A stretch of DNA of 64,000 nucleotides from the human T2T-CHM13v2.0 reference genome, Homo sapiens, in assembly GCF_009914755.1 (NCBI RefSeq), contig NC_060934.1. One strand, 5' to 3'. Below the pieces are notes generated by a model. It ran no database searches, was not told the DNA's origin, and worked only from the letters and a program-made list of their open reading frames with translations. Below are positions 49,601-62,300 of the stretch, piece by piece (position 1 is the first letter of the stretch; every line of letters starts with the position of its first letter). Made by a program: the position numbers and the translations under genes.

Positions 49601-52105
49601 CACAGAGTTTAACCTTTCTTTTCATAGAGCAGTTTGGAAACACTCTGTTTGTAAAGCCTGCAAGTGCTTTTTTGGACTTCATTGAGTCCTTCGTTGGAAA
49701 CGGGATTTCTTCATATAATGCTAGACAGAAGAATTCTCAGTCACTTCTTTGTGTTGTGTGTATTCAAGTCACAGAGTTGAACCTTCCTTAGGCAGAGCAG
49801 TTTTGAAAAATTCTTTCTGTGGAATTTGCAAGTGGAGATTTCAAGCGATTTGAGGCTAATCTTTGAAATGGAAATATCTTCGTGTAAAAACTACACAGAA
49901 TCATTCTCAGAAACTGCTTTGTCATCTGTGCGTTCAGTTCACAGAGTTTCACCTTTCTCTTCATAGAGCAGTTTGGAAAGACTCTGTCTGTAAAGTCTGC
50001 AAGTGATTAGTTAGACCCCTTTGAGGCCTTCGTTGGAAGCGGGATTTCTCATTTACTGCTAGACAGAAGAATTCTCAGTAAATCCTTTGTGTTGTGTGTA
50101 TTCAACTCACAGAGTGGAACCTTCCTTTATTCAGAGCAGTTTTGAAACACTCTTTTTGTGGAATTTGCAAGTGGAGATTTCAAGCGATTTGACGCCAATC
50201 TTAGACATGGAAATATCTTCATATTAAAAGTACACAGAATCATTCGTAGAAACTAGTTTGTGATGTGTGCCTTCAACTCACAGAGTTTAACCTTTCTTTT
50301 CATAGAGCAGTTGGGAAACATTCTATTTGTAAAGTCTGCAAGTGGATATTTGGACCTCTTTGAGGCCTTCGTTGGAAACGGGATTTCTTCATATAACGCT
50401 AGACAGAAGAATTCTCAGTAACTTCTTTGTGTTGTGTGTATTCAACTCACAGAGTTGAACCTTTCTTTAGAGAGAGCAGAGTTGAAACACTCTTTTTGTG
50501 GAATTTGCTAGTGCAGATTTCAAACGCTTCGAAGACAGTGATAGAATAGGATATATCTTCGTATTAAAACTAGACAAAATCATTCTCAGAAAACTCTTTG
50601 TGATGTGTGTGTTCAACTCACAGAGTTTAACCTTTCTTTAATCGAGCAGTTTGGAAATACACTCTTTGTAAGTCTGCAGGTGGATAATTGGCCCTCTTTG
50701 AGCCCTTCATTGGAAACGGGATTTCCTCATATAATGCTAGACAGAAGAATTCTCAGTAACTTCTTTGTGTTGTTTGTATTCAACTCACAGATTTGAACCT
50801 TCCTTTAGAGAGAGCAGATTTGAAACACTCTGTTTTTGGAATTTGCAAGTGCAGATCTCAAGCGCTTCTAGGCCTATGGCAGAAAAGGAAATATCTTCGT
50901 ATAAAAACTACACAGAATCATTCTCAACAACTACTTTGTGATGTGTGCGTTAAACTCACAGAGTTTAACCTTTCTTTTCATAGAGCAGTTTGGAAAAACT
51001 CTGTTTGTAAAGCCTGCAAGTGCTTTTTTGGACTTCATTGAGGCCTTCGTTGGAAACTGGATTTCTTCATATAATGCTAGACAGAAGAATTCTCAGTCAC
51101 TTCTTTGTGTTGTGTGTATTCAAGTCACAGAGTTGAACCTTCTTTTAGACAGAGCAGTTTTGAAAAATTCTTTCTGTGGAATTTGCAAGTGGAGATTTCA
51201 AGCGATTTGAGGCTAATCTTTGAAATGGAAATATCTTCGTGTAAAAACTACACAGAATCATTCTCAGAAACTGCTTTGTTATCTGTGCGTTCAGTTCACA
51301 GAGTTTAACCTTTCTCTTCATAGAGCAGATTGGAAAGACTCTGTCTGTAAAGTCCGCAAGTGATTAGTTAGACCCCTTTGAGGCCTTCGTTGGAAGCGGG
51401 ATTTCCCATTTACTGCTAGACAGAAGAATTCTCAGTAAATCCTTTGTGTTGTGTGTATTCAACTCACAGAGTGGAACCTTCCTTTATTCAGAGCACTTTT
51501 GAAAAACACTTTTTGTGGAATTTGCAAGTGGAGATTTCAAGCGATTTGAAGCCAATCTTAGACATGGAAATATCTTCATATTAAAAGTACACAGAGTCAT
51601 TCGTAAAAACTAGTTTGTGATGTGTGCCTTCAACTCACAGAGTTTAACCTTTCTTTTCATAGAGCGGTTGGGAAACACTCTATTTGTAAAGTCTGCAAGT
51701 GGATATTTGGACCTCTTTGAGGCCTTCGTTGGAAACGGGATTTCTTCATACAACGCTAGACAGAAGAATTCTCAGTAACTTCTTTGTGTTGTGTGTATTC
51801 AACTCACAGAGTTGAACCTTTCTTGAGAGAGAACAGAGTTGAAACACTCTGTTTTTGGAATTTGCAAGTGCAGATTTCAATCGATTCTAGGCCTATGGCA
51901 GAAAAGGAAATATCTTCGTATAAAAACTACACAGAATCATTCTCAACAACTACTTTGTGATGTGTGCGTTCAACTCACAGAGTTTAGCCTTTCTTTTCAT
52001 AGAGCAGTTTGGAAACACTCTGTTTGTAAAGCCTGCAAGTGCTTTTTTGGACTTCATTGAGGCCTTCGTTGGAAACGGGATTTCTTCACATAATGCTAGA
52101 CAGAA

Positions 52106-54141
52106 GAATTCTCAGTCACTTCTTTGTGTTGTGTGTATTCAAGTCACAGAGTTGAACCTTCCTTTAGACAGAGCAGTTTTGAAAAATTCTTTCTGTGTAA
52201 TTTGCAAGTGGAGATTTCAAGCGATTTGAGGCTAATCTTTGAAATGGAAATATCTTCGTGTAAAAACTACACAGAATCATTCTCAGAAACTGCTTTGTCA
52301 TCTGTGCGTTCAGTTCACAGAGTTTCACCTTTCTCTTCATAGAGCAGTTTGGAAAGACTCTGTCTGTAAAGTCTGCAAGTGATTAGTTAGACCCCTTTGA
52401 GGCCTTCGTTGGAAGCGGGATTTCTCATTTACTGCTAGACAGAAGAATTCTCAGTAAATCCTTTGTGTTGTGTGTATTCAACTCACAGAGTGGAACCTTC
52501 CTTTATTCAGAGCAGTTTTGAAACACTCTTTTTGTGGAATTTGCAAGTGGAGATTTCAAGCGATTTGACGCCAATCTTAGACATGGAAATATCTTCATAT
52601 TAAAAGTACACAGAGTCATTCGTAGAAACTAGTTTGTGATGTGTGCCTTGAACTCACAGAGTTTAACCTTTCTTTTCATAGAGCAGTTGGGAAACACTCT
52701 ATTTGTAAAGTCTGCAAGTGGATATTTGGACCTCTTTGAGGCCTTCGTTGGAAACGGGATTTCTTCATATAACGCTAGACAGAAGAATTCTCAGTAACTT
52801 CTTTGTGTTGTGTGTATTCAACTCACAGAGTTGAACCTTTCTTTAGAGGGAGCAGAGGTGAAACAGTCTTTTTGTGGAATTTGCTAGTGTAGATTTCAAA
52901 CGCTTCGAAGACAGTGATAGAAAAGGATATATCTTCGTATTAAAAGTAGACAAAATCATTCTCAGAAAACTCTTTGTGATGTGTGTGTTCAACTCACAGA
53001 GTTTAACCTTTCTTTAATCGAGCAGTTTGGAAATACACTCTTTGTAAGTCTGCAGGTGGATATTTGGTCCTCTTTGAGCCCTTCTTTGGAAACGGGATTT
53101 CCTCTTATAATGCTAGACAGAAGAATTCTCAGTAACTTCTCTGTGTTGTTTGTATTCAACACACAGATTTGAACCTTCCTTTAGAGAGAGCAGATTTGAA
53201 ACACTCTGTTTTTGGAATTTGCAAGTGCAGATTTCAAGCGCTTCTAGGCCTATGGCAGAAAAGGAAATATCTTCGTATAAAAACTACACAGAATCATTCT
53301 CAACAACTACTTTGTGATGTGTGCGTTCAACTCACAGAGTTTAACCTTTCTTTTCATACAGCAGTTTGGAAACACTCTATTTGTATAGTCTGCAAGTGGA
53401 TATTTGGACCTCTTTGAGGCCTTCGTTGGAAACGGGATTTCTTCATACAACGCTAGACAGAAGAATTCTCAGTAACTTCTTTGTGTTGTGTGTATTCAAC
53501 TCACAGAGTTGAACCTTTCTTTAGAGAGAGCAGATTTGAAACATTCTGTTTTTGGAATTTGCAAGTGCAGATTTCAAGCGCTTCTAGGCCTATGGCAGAA
53601 AAGGAAATATCTTCGTATAAAAACTACACAGAATCGTTCTCAACAACTACTTTGTGATGTGTGCGTTCAACTTACAGAGTTTAACCTTTCTTTTCATAGA
53701 GCAGTTTGGAAACACTCTGTTTGTAAAGCCTGCAAGTGTTTTTTGGACTTCATTGAGGCCTTCGTTGGAAACGGGATTTCTTCTTACAACGCTAGACAGA
53801 AGAATTCTCAGTAACTTCTTTGTGTTGTGTGTATTCAACTCACAGAGTTGAACCTTTCTTTAGAGAGAACAGAGTTGAAACACTCTGTTTTTGGAATTTG
53901 CAAGTGCAGATTTCAAGCGATTCTAGGCCTATGGCAGAAAAGGAAATATCTTCGTATAAAAACTACACAGAATCATTCTCAACAACTACTTTGTGATGTG
54001 TGCGTTCAACTCACAGAGTTTAACCTTTCTTTTCATAGAGCAGTTTGGAAACACTCTGTTTGTAAAGCCTGCAAGTGCTTATTTGGACTTCATTGAGGCC
54101 TTCGTTGGAAACGGGATTTCTTCATATAATGCTAGACAGAA
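52106..54141 (+). repeat. 12-mer variant (B-C-D-A/C chimera-A*-A*, 2036 bp)
   Basis: B anchors 52124 to 54160. The dimer at ~53122 begins A-type and ends C-type (CTATTTGTATAGTCTGCAAGTGGATATTTGGACCTC). Confidence 0.88.
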
Positions 54142-57100
54142 GAATTCTCAGTCACTTCTTTGTGTTGTGTGTATTCAAGTAACAGAGTTGAACCTTCCTT
54201 TAGACAGAGCAGTTTTGAAAAATTCTTTCTGTGGAATTTGCAAGTGGAGATTTCAAGCGATTTGAGGCTAATCTTTGAAATGGAAATATCTTCGTGTAAA
54301 AACTGCACAGAATCATTCTCAGAAACTGCTTTGTCATCTGTGCGTTCAGTTCACAGAGTTTCACCTTTCTCTTCATAGAGCAGTTTGGAAAGACTCTGTC
54401 TGTAAAGTCTGCAAGTGATTAGTTAGACCCCTTTGCGGCCTTCGTTGGAAGCGGGATTTCTCATTTACTGCTAGACAGAAGAATTCTCAGTAAATCCTTT
54501 GTGTTGTGTGTATTCAACTCACAGAGTGGAACCTTCCTTTATTCAGAGCAGTTTTGAAACACTCTTTTTGTGGAATTTGCAAGTGGAGATTTCAAGCGAT
54601 TTGACGCCAATCTTAGACATGGAAATATCTTCATATTAAAAGTACACAGAGTCATTCGTAGAAACTAGTTTGTGATGTGTGCCTTCAACTCACAGAGTTT
54701 AACCTTTCTTTTCATAGAGCAGTTTGGAAACACTCTATTTGTAAAGTCTGCAAGTGGATATTTGGACCTCTTTGAGGCCTTCGTTGGAAACGGGATTTCT
54801 TCATACAACGCTAGACAGAAGAATTCTCAGTAACTTCTTTGTGTTGTGTGTATTCAACTCACAGAGTTGAACCTTTCTTTAGAGAGAGCAGAGTTGAAAC
54901 ACTCTGTTTTAGGAATTTGCAAGTGCAGATTTCAAGCGCTTCTAGGCCTATGGCAGAAAAGGAAATATCTTCGTATAAAAACTACACAGAATCATTCTCA
55001 ACAACTACTTTGTGATGTGTGCGTTCAACTCACAGAGTTTAACCTTTCTTTTCATAGAGCAGTTTGGAAACACTCTGTTTGTAAAGCCTGCAAGTGCTTT
55101 TTTGGACTTCATTGAGGCCTTCGTTGGAAACGGGATTTCTTCATATAATGCTAGACAGAAGAATTCTCAGTCACTTCTTTGTGTTGTGTGTATTCAAGTC
55201 ACAGAGTTGAACCTTCCTTTAGACAGAGCAGTTTTGAAAAATTCTTTCTGTGTAATTTGCAAGTGGAGATTTCAAGCGATTTGAGGCTAATCTTTGAAAT
55301 GGAAATATCTTCGTGTAAAAACTACACAGAATCATTCTCAGAAACTGCTTTGTCATCTGTGCGTTCAGTTCACAGAGTTTCACATTTCTCTTCATAGAGC
55401 AGTTTGGAAAGACTCTGTCTGTAAAGTCTGCAAGTGATTAGTTAGAACCCTTTGAGGCCTTCGTTGGAAGCGGGATTTCTCATTTACTGCTAGACAGAAG
55501 AATTCTCAGTAAATCCTTTGTGTTGTGTGTATTCAACTCACAGAGTGGAACCTTCCTTTATTCAGAGCAGTTTTGAAACACTCTTTTTGTGGAATTTGCA
55601 AGTGGAGATTTCAAGCGATTTGACGCCAATCTTAGACATGGAAATATCTTCATATTAAAAGTACGCAGAGTCATTCGTAGAAACTAGTTTGTGATGTGTG
55701 CCTTCAACTCACAGAGTTTAACCTTTCTTTTCATAGAGCAGTTGGGAAACACTCTATTTGTAAAGTCTGCAAGTGGATATTTGGACCTCTTTGAGGCCTT
55801 CGTTGGAAACGGGATTTCTTCATATAACGCTAGACAGAAGAATTCTCAGTAACTTCTTTGTGTTGTGTGTATTCAACTCACAGAGTTGAACCTTTCTTTA
55901 GAGGGAGCAGAGGTGAAACACTCTTTTTGTGGAATTTGCTAGTGTAGATTTCAAACGCTTCGAAGACAGTGATAGAAAAGGATATATCTTCGTATTAAAA
56001 GTAGACAAAATCATTCTCAGAAAACTCTTTGTGATGTGTGTGTTCAACTCACAGAGTTTAACCTTTCTTTAATCGAGCAGTTTGGAAATACACTCTTTGT
56101 AAGTCTGCAGGTGGATATTTGGCCCTCTTTGAGCCCTTCGTTGGAAACGGGATTTCCTCATATAATGCTAGACAGAAGAATTCTCAGTAACTTCTTTGTG
56201 TTGTTTGCATTCAACACACAGATTTGAACCTTCCTTTAGAGAGAGTAGATTTGAAACACTCTGTTTTTGGAATTTGCAAGTGCAGATTTCAAGCGCTTCT
56301 AGGCCTATGGCAGAAAAGGAAATATCTTCGTATAAAAACTACACAGAATCATTCTCAACAACTACTTTGTGATGTGTGCGTTCAACTCACAGAGTTTAAC
56401 CTTTCTTTTCATAGAGCAGTTTGGAAACACTCTGTTTGTAAAGCCTGCAAGTGTTTTTTGGACTTCATTGAGGCCTTCGTTGGAAACGGGATTTCTTCTT
56501 ACAACGCTAGACAGAAGAATTCTCAGTAACTTCTTTGTGTTGTGTGTATTCAACTCACAGAGTTGAACCTTTCTTTAGAGAGAACAGAGTTGAAACACTC
56601 TGTTTTTGGAATTTGCAAGTGCAGATTTCAAGCGATTCTAGGCCTATGGCAGAAAAGGAAATATCTTCGTATAAAAACTACACAGAATCATTCTCAACAA
56701 CTACTTTGTGATGTGTGCGTTCAACTCACAGAGTTTAACCTTTCTTTTCATAGAGCAGTTTGGAAACACTCTGTTTGTAAAGCCTGCAAGTGCTTATTTG
56801 GACTTCATTGAGGCCTTCGTTGGAAACGGGATTTCTTCATATAATGCTAGACAGAAGAATTCTCAGTCACTTCTTTGTGTGTGTGTATTCAAGTAACAGA
56901 GTTGAACCTTCCTTTAGACAGAGCAGTTTTGAAAAATTCTTTCTGTGGAATTTGCAAGTGGAGATTTCAAGCGATTTGAGGCTAATCTTTGAAATGGAAA
57001 TATCTTCGTGTAAAAACTACACAGAATCATTCTCAGAAACTGCTTTGTCATCTGTGCGTTCAGTTCACAGAGTTTCACCTTTCTCTTCATAGAGCAGTTT

Positions 57101-58212
57101 GGAAAGACTCTGTCTGTAAAGTCTGCAAGTGATTAGTTAGACCCCTTTGCGGCCTTCGTTGGAAGCGGGATTTCTCATTTACTGCTAGACAGAAGAATTC
57201 TCAGTAAATCCTTTGTGTTGTGTGTATTCAACTCACAGAGTGGAACCTTCCTTTATTCAGAGCAGTTTTGAAACACTCTTTTTGTGGAATTTGCAAGTGG
57301 AGATTTCAAGCGATTTGACGCCAATCTTAGACATGGAAATATCTTCATATTAAAAGTACACAGAGTCATTCGTAGAAACTAGTTTGTGATGTGTGCCTTC
57401 AACTCACAGAGTTTAACCTCTCTTTTCATAGAGCAGTTGGGAAACACTCTATTTGTAAAGTCTGCAAGTGGATATTTGGACCTCTTTGAGGCCTTCGTTG
57501 GAAACGGGATTTCTTCATATAACGCTAGACAGAAGAATTCTCAGTAACTTCTTTGTGTTGTGTGTATTCAACTCACAGAGTTGAACCTTTCTTTATAGGG
57601 AGCAGAGGTGAAACAGTCTTTTTGTGGAATTTGCTAGTGTAGATTTCAAACGCTTCGAAGTCAGTGATAGAAAAGGGTATATCTTCGTAGTAAAAGTCGA
57701 CAAAATCATTCTCAGAAAACTCTTTGTGATGTGTGTGTTCAACTCACAGAGTTTAACCTTTCTTTAATCGAGCAGTTTGGAAATACACTCTTTGTAAGTC
57801 TGCAGGTGGATATTTGGCCCTCTTTGAGCCCTTCTTTGGAAACGGGATTTCCTCTTATAATGCTAGACAGAAGAATTCTCAGTAACTTCTCTGTGTTGTT
57901 TGTATTCAACACACAGATTTGAACCTTCCTTTAGAGAGAGCAGATTTGAAACACTCTGTTTTTGGAATTTGCAAGTGCAGATTTCAAGCGCTTCTAGGCC
58001 TATGGCAGAAAAGGAAATATCTTCGTATAAAAACTACACAGAATCATTCTCAACAACTACTTTGTGATGTGTGCGTTCAACTCACAGAGTTTAAACTTTC
58101 TTTTCATAGAGCAGTTTGGAAACACTCTGTTTGTAAAGCCTGCAAGTGCTTTTTTGGACTTCATTGAGGCCTTCGTTGGAAACGGGATTTCTTCATATAA
58201 TGCTAGACAGAA

Positions 58213-59398
58213 GAATTCTCAGTCACTTCTTTGTGTTGTGTGTATTCAAGTCACAGAGTTGAACCTTCCTTTAGACAGAGCAGTTTTGAAAAATTGTTTC
58301 TGTGGAGTTTGCAAGTGGAGATTTCAAGCGATTTGAGGCTAATCTTTGAAATGGAAATATCTTCGTGTAAAAACTACACAGAAGCATTCTCAGAAACTGC
58401 TTTGTCATCTGTGCGTTCAGTTCACAGAGTTTCACCTTTCTCTTCATAGAGCAGTTTGGAAAGACTCTGTCTGTAAAGTCTGCAAGTGATTAGTTAGACC
58501 CCTTTGACGCCTTCGTTGGAAGCGGGATTTCTCATTTACTGCTTGACAGAAGAATTCTCAGTAAATCCTTTGTGTTGTGTGTATTCAACTCACAGAGTGG
58601 AACCTTCCTTTATTCAGAGCAGTTTTGAAAAACCCTTTTTGTGGAATTTCCAAGTGGAGATTTCAAGCGATTTGACGCCAATCTTAGACATGGAAATATC
58701 TTCATATTAAAAGTACACAGAGGCATTCGTAGAAACTAGTTTGTGATGTGTGCCTTCAACTCACAGAGTTTAACCTTTCTTTTCATAGAGCAGTTTGGAA
58801 ACACTCTATTTGTAAAGTCTGCAAGTGGATATTTGGACCTCTTTGAGGCCTTCGTTGGAAACGGGATTTCTTCATACAACGCTAGACAGAAGAATTCTCA
58901 GTAACTTCTTTGTGTTGTGTGTATTCAACTCACAGAGTTGAACCTTTCTTTTCATAGAGCAGTTTGGAAACACTCTGTTTGTAAAGCCTGCAAGTGTTTT
59001 TTGGACTTCATTGAGGCCTTCGTTGGAAACGGGATTTCTTCTTACAACGCTAGACAGAAGAATTCTCAGTAACTTCTTTGTGTTGTGTGTATTCAACTCA
59101 CAGAGTTGAACCTTTCTTTAGAGAGAACAGAGTTGAAACACTCTGTTTTTGGAATTTGCAAGTGCAGATTTCAAGCGATTCTAGCCCTATGGCAGAAAAG
59201 AAATATCTTCGTATAAAAACTACACAGAATCATTCTCAACAACTACTTTGTGATGTGTGCGTTCAACTCACAGAGTTTAACCTTTCTTTTCATAGAGCAG
59301 TTTGGAAACACTCTGTTTGTAAAGCCTGCAAGTGCTTTTTTGGACTTCATTGAGGCCTTCGTTGGAAACGGGATTTCTTCATATAATGCTAGACAGAA
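58213..59398 (+). repeat. Odd-numbered 7-mer variant (1186 bp) containing a single chimeric monomer
   Basis: EcoRI sites at 58892 and 59060 are only 168 bp apart; B anchors 58231 to 59417 = 1186 bp. Confidence 0.93.
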
Positions 59399-62300
59399 GA
59401 ATTCTCAGTCACTTCTTTGTGTTGTGTGTATTCAAGTAACAGAGTTGAACCTTCCTTTAGACAGAGCAGTTTTGAAAAATTCTTTCTGTGGAATTTGCAA
59501 GTGGAGATTTCAAGCGATTTGAGGCTAATCTTTGAAATGGAAATATCTTCGTGTAAAAACTACACAGAATCATTCTCAGAAACTGCTTTGTCATCTGTGC
59601 GTTCAGTTCACAGAGTTTCACCTTTCTCTTCATAGAGCAGTTTGGAAAGACTCTGTCTGTAAAGTCTGCAAGTGATTAGTTAGACCCCTTTGAGGCCTTC
59701 GTTGGAAGCGGGATTTCTCATTTACTGCTAGACAGAAGAATTCTCAGTAAATCCTTTGTGTTGTGTGTATTCAACTCACAGAGTGGAACCTTCCTTTTTT
59801 CAGAGCAGTTTTGAAACACTCTTATTGTGGAATTTGCAAGTGGAGATTTCAAGCGATTTGACGCCAATCTTAGACATGGAAATATCTTCATATTAAAAGT
59901 ACACAGAGTCATTCGTAGAAACTAGTTTGTGATGTGTGCCTTCAACTCACAGAGTTTAACCTTTCTTTTCATAGAGCAGTTGGGAAACACTCTATTTGTA
60001 AAGTCTGCAAGTGGATATTTGGACCTCTTTGAGGCCTTCGTTGGAAACGGGATTTCTTCATATAACGCTAGACAGAAGAATTCTCAGTAACTTCTTTGTG
60101 TTGTGTGTATTCAACTCACAGAGTTGAACCTTTCTTTAGAGGGAGCAGAGGTGAAACACTCTTTTTGTGGAATTTGCTAGTGTAGATTTCAAACGCTTCG
60201 AAGTCAGTGATAGAAAAGGATATATCTTCGTATTAAAAGTAGACAAAATCATTCTCAGAAAACTCTTTGTGATGTGTGTGTTCAACTCACAGAGTTTAAC
60301 CTTTCTTTAATCGAGCAGTTTGGAAATACACTCTTTGTAAGTCTGCAGGTGGATATTTGGCCCTCTTTGAGCCCTTCTTTGGAAAGGGGATTTCCTCTTA
60401 TAATGCTAGACAGAAGAATTCTCAGTAACTTCTCTGTGTTGTTTGTATTCAACACACAGATTTGAACCTTCCTTTAGAGAGAGCAGATTTGAAACACTCT
60501 GTTTTTGGAATTTGCAAGTGCAGATTTCAAGCGCTTCTAGGCCTATGGCAGAAAAGGAAATATCTTCGTATAAAAACTACACAGAATCATTCTCAACAAC
60601 TACTTTGTGATGTGTGCGTTCAACTCACAGAGTTTAACCTTTCTTTTCATAGAGCAGTTTGGAAACACTCTGTTTGTAAAGCCTGCAAGTGCTTTTTTGG
60701 ACTTCATTGAGGCCTTCGTTGGAAACGGGATTTCTTCATACAACGCTAGACAGAAGAATTCTCAGTAACTTCTTTGTGTTGTGTGTATTCAACTCACAGA
60801 GTTGAACCTTTCTTTAGAGAGAGCAGAGTTGAAACACTCTGTTTTTGGAATTTGCAAGTGCAGATTTCAAGCGATTCTAGGCCTATGGCAGAAAAGGAAA
60901 TATCTTCGTATAAAAACTACACAGAATCATTCTCAACAACTACTTTGTGATGTGTGCGTTCAACTCACAGAGTTTAACCTTTCTTTTCATAGAGCAGTTT
61001 GGAAACACTCTGTTTGTAAAGCCTGCAAGTGCTTTTTTGGACTTCATTGAGGCCTTCGTTGGAAACGGGATTTCTTCATATAATGCTAGACAGAAGAATT
61101 CTCAGTCACTTTTTTGTGTTGTGTGTATTCAAGTCACAGAGTTGAACCTTCCTTTAGACAGAGCAGTTTTGAAAAATTCTTTCTGTGGAATTTGCAAGTG
61201 GAGATTTCAAGCGATTTGAGGCTAATCTTTGAAATGGAAATATCTTCGTGTAAAAACTACACAGAATCATTCTCAGAAACTGCTTTGTCATCTGTGCGTT
61301 CAGTTCACAGAGTTTCACCTTTCTCTTCATAGAGCAGTTTGGAAAGACTCTGTCTGTAAAGTCTGCAAGTGATTAGTTAGACCCCTTTGAGGCCTTCGTT
61401 GGAAGCGGGATTTCTCATTTACTGCTAGACAGAAGAATTCTCAGTAAATCCTTTGTGTTGTGTGTATTCAACTCACAGAGTGGAACCTTCCTTTATTCAG
61501 AGCACTTTTGAAAAACACTTTTTGTGGAATTTGCAAGTGGAGATTTCAAGCGATTTGACGCCAATCTTAGACATGGAAATATCTTCATATTAAAAGTACA
61601 CAGAGTCATTCATAGAAACTAGTTTGTGATGTGTGCCTTCAACTCACAGAGTTTAACCTTTCTTTTCGTAGAGCAGTTTGGAAACACTCTATTTGTAAAG
61701 TCTGCAAGTGTTTTTTGGACTTCATTGAGGCCTTCGTTGGAAACGGGATTTCTTCTTACAACGCTAGACAGAAGAATTCTCAGTAACTTCTTTGTGTTGT
61801 GTGTATTCAACTCACAGAGTTGAACCTTTCTTTAGAGAGAGCAGAGTTGAAACACTCTGTTTTTGGAATTTGCAAGTGCAGATTTCAAGCGATTCTAGGC
61901 CTATGGCAGAAAAGGAAATATCTTCGTATAAAAACTACACAGAATCATTCTCAACAACTACTTTGTGATGTGTGCGTTCAACTCACAGAGTTTAACCTTT
62001 CTTTTCATAGAGCAGTTTGGAAACACTCTGTTTGTAAAGCCTGCAAGTGCTTTTTTGGACTTCATTGAGGCCTTCGTTGGAAACGGGATTTCTTCATATA
62101 ATGCTAGACAGAAGAATTCTCAGTCACTTCTTTGTGTTGTGTGTATTCAAGTCACAGAGTTGAACCTTCCTTTAGACAGAGCAGTTTTGAAAAATTCTTT
62201 CTGTGGAATTTGCAAGTGGAGATTTCAAGCGATTTGAGGCTAATCTTTGAAATGGAAATATCTTCGTGTAAAAACTACACAGAATCATTCTCAGAAACTG

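Larger units (their letters stand above)
38534..56620 (+). repeat. Large duplication: ~38.5-46.1 kb vs ~49.7-56.6 kb (offset 11197, then 10518 after a 679-bp deletion)
   Basis: Shared rare variants: CCTTAGGCAGAG, CTTCATTGG, AACTGGATT, GCAGATTGG, GTCCGCAAG, GAGCGGTTG, CAATCGATT, TTGGTCCTC, GAATCGTTCT, AACTGCAC, TAGAACCC, GAGAGTAGA. Ends approximate. Confidence 0.9.

Noticed and set aside
43129-61810. Minus-strand ORFs appearing only in the right half
   Set aside because: Explained by the 1-bp-deletion A allele (and neighbouring substitutions) opening a frame; not an inversion or gene.
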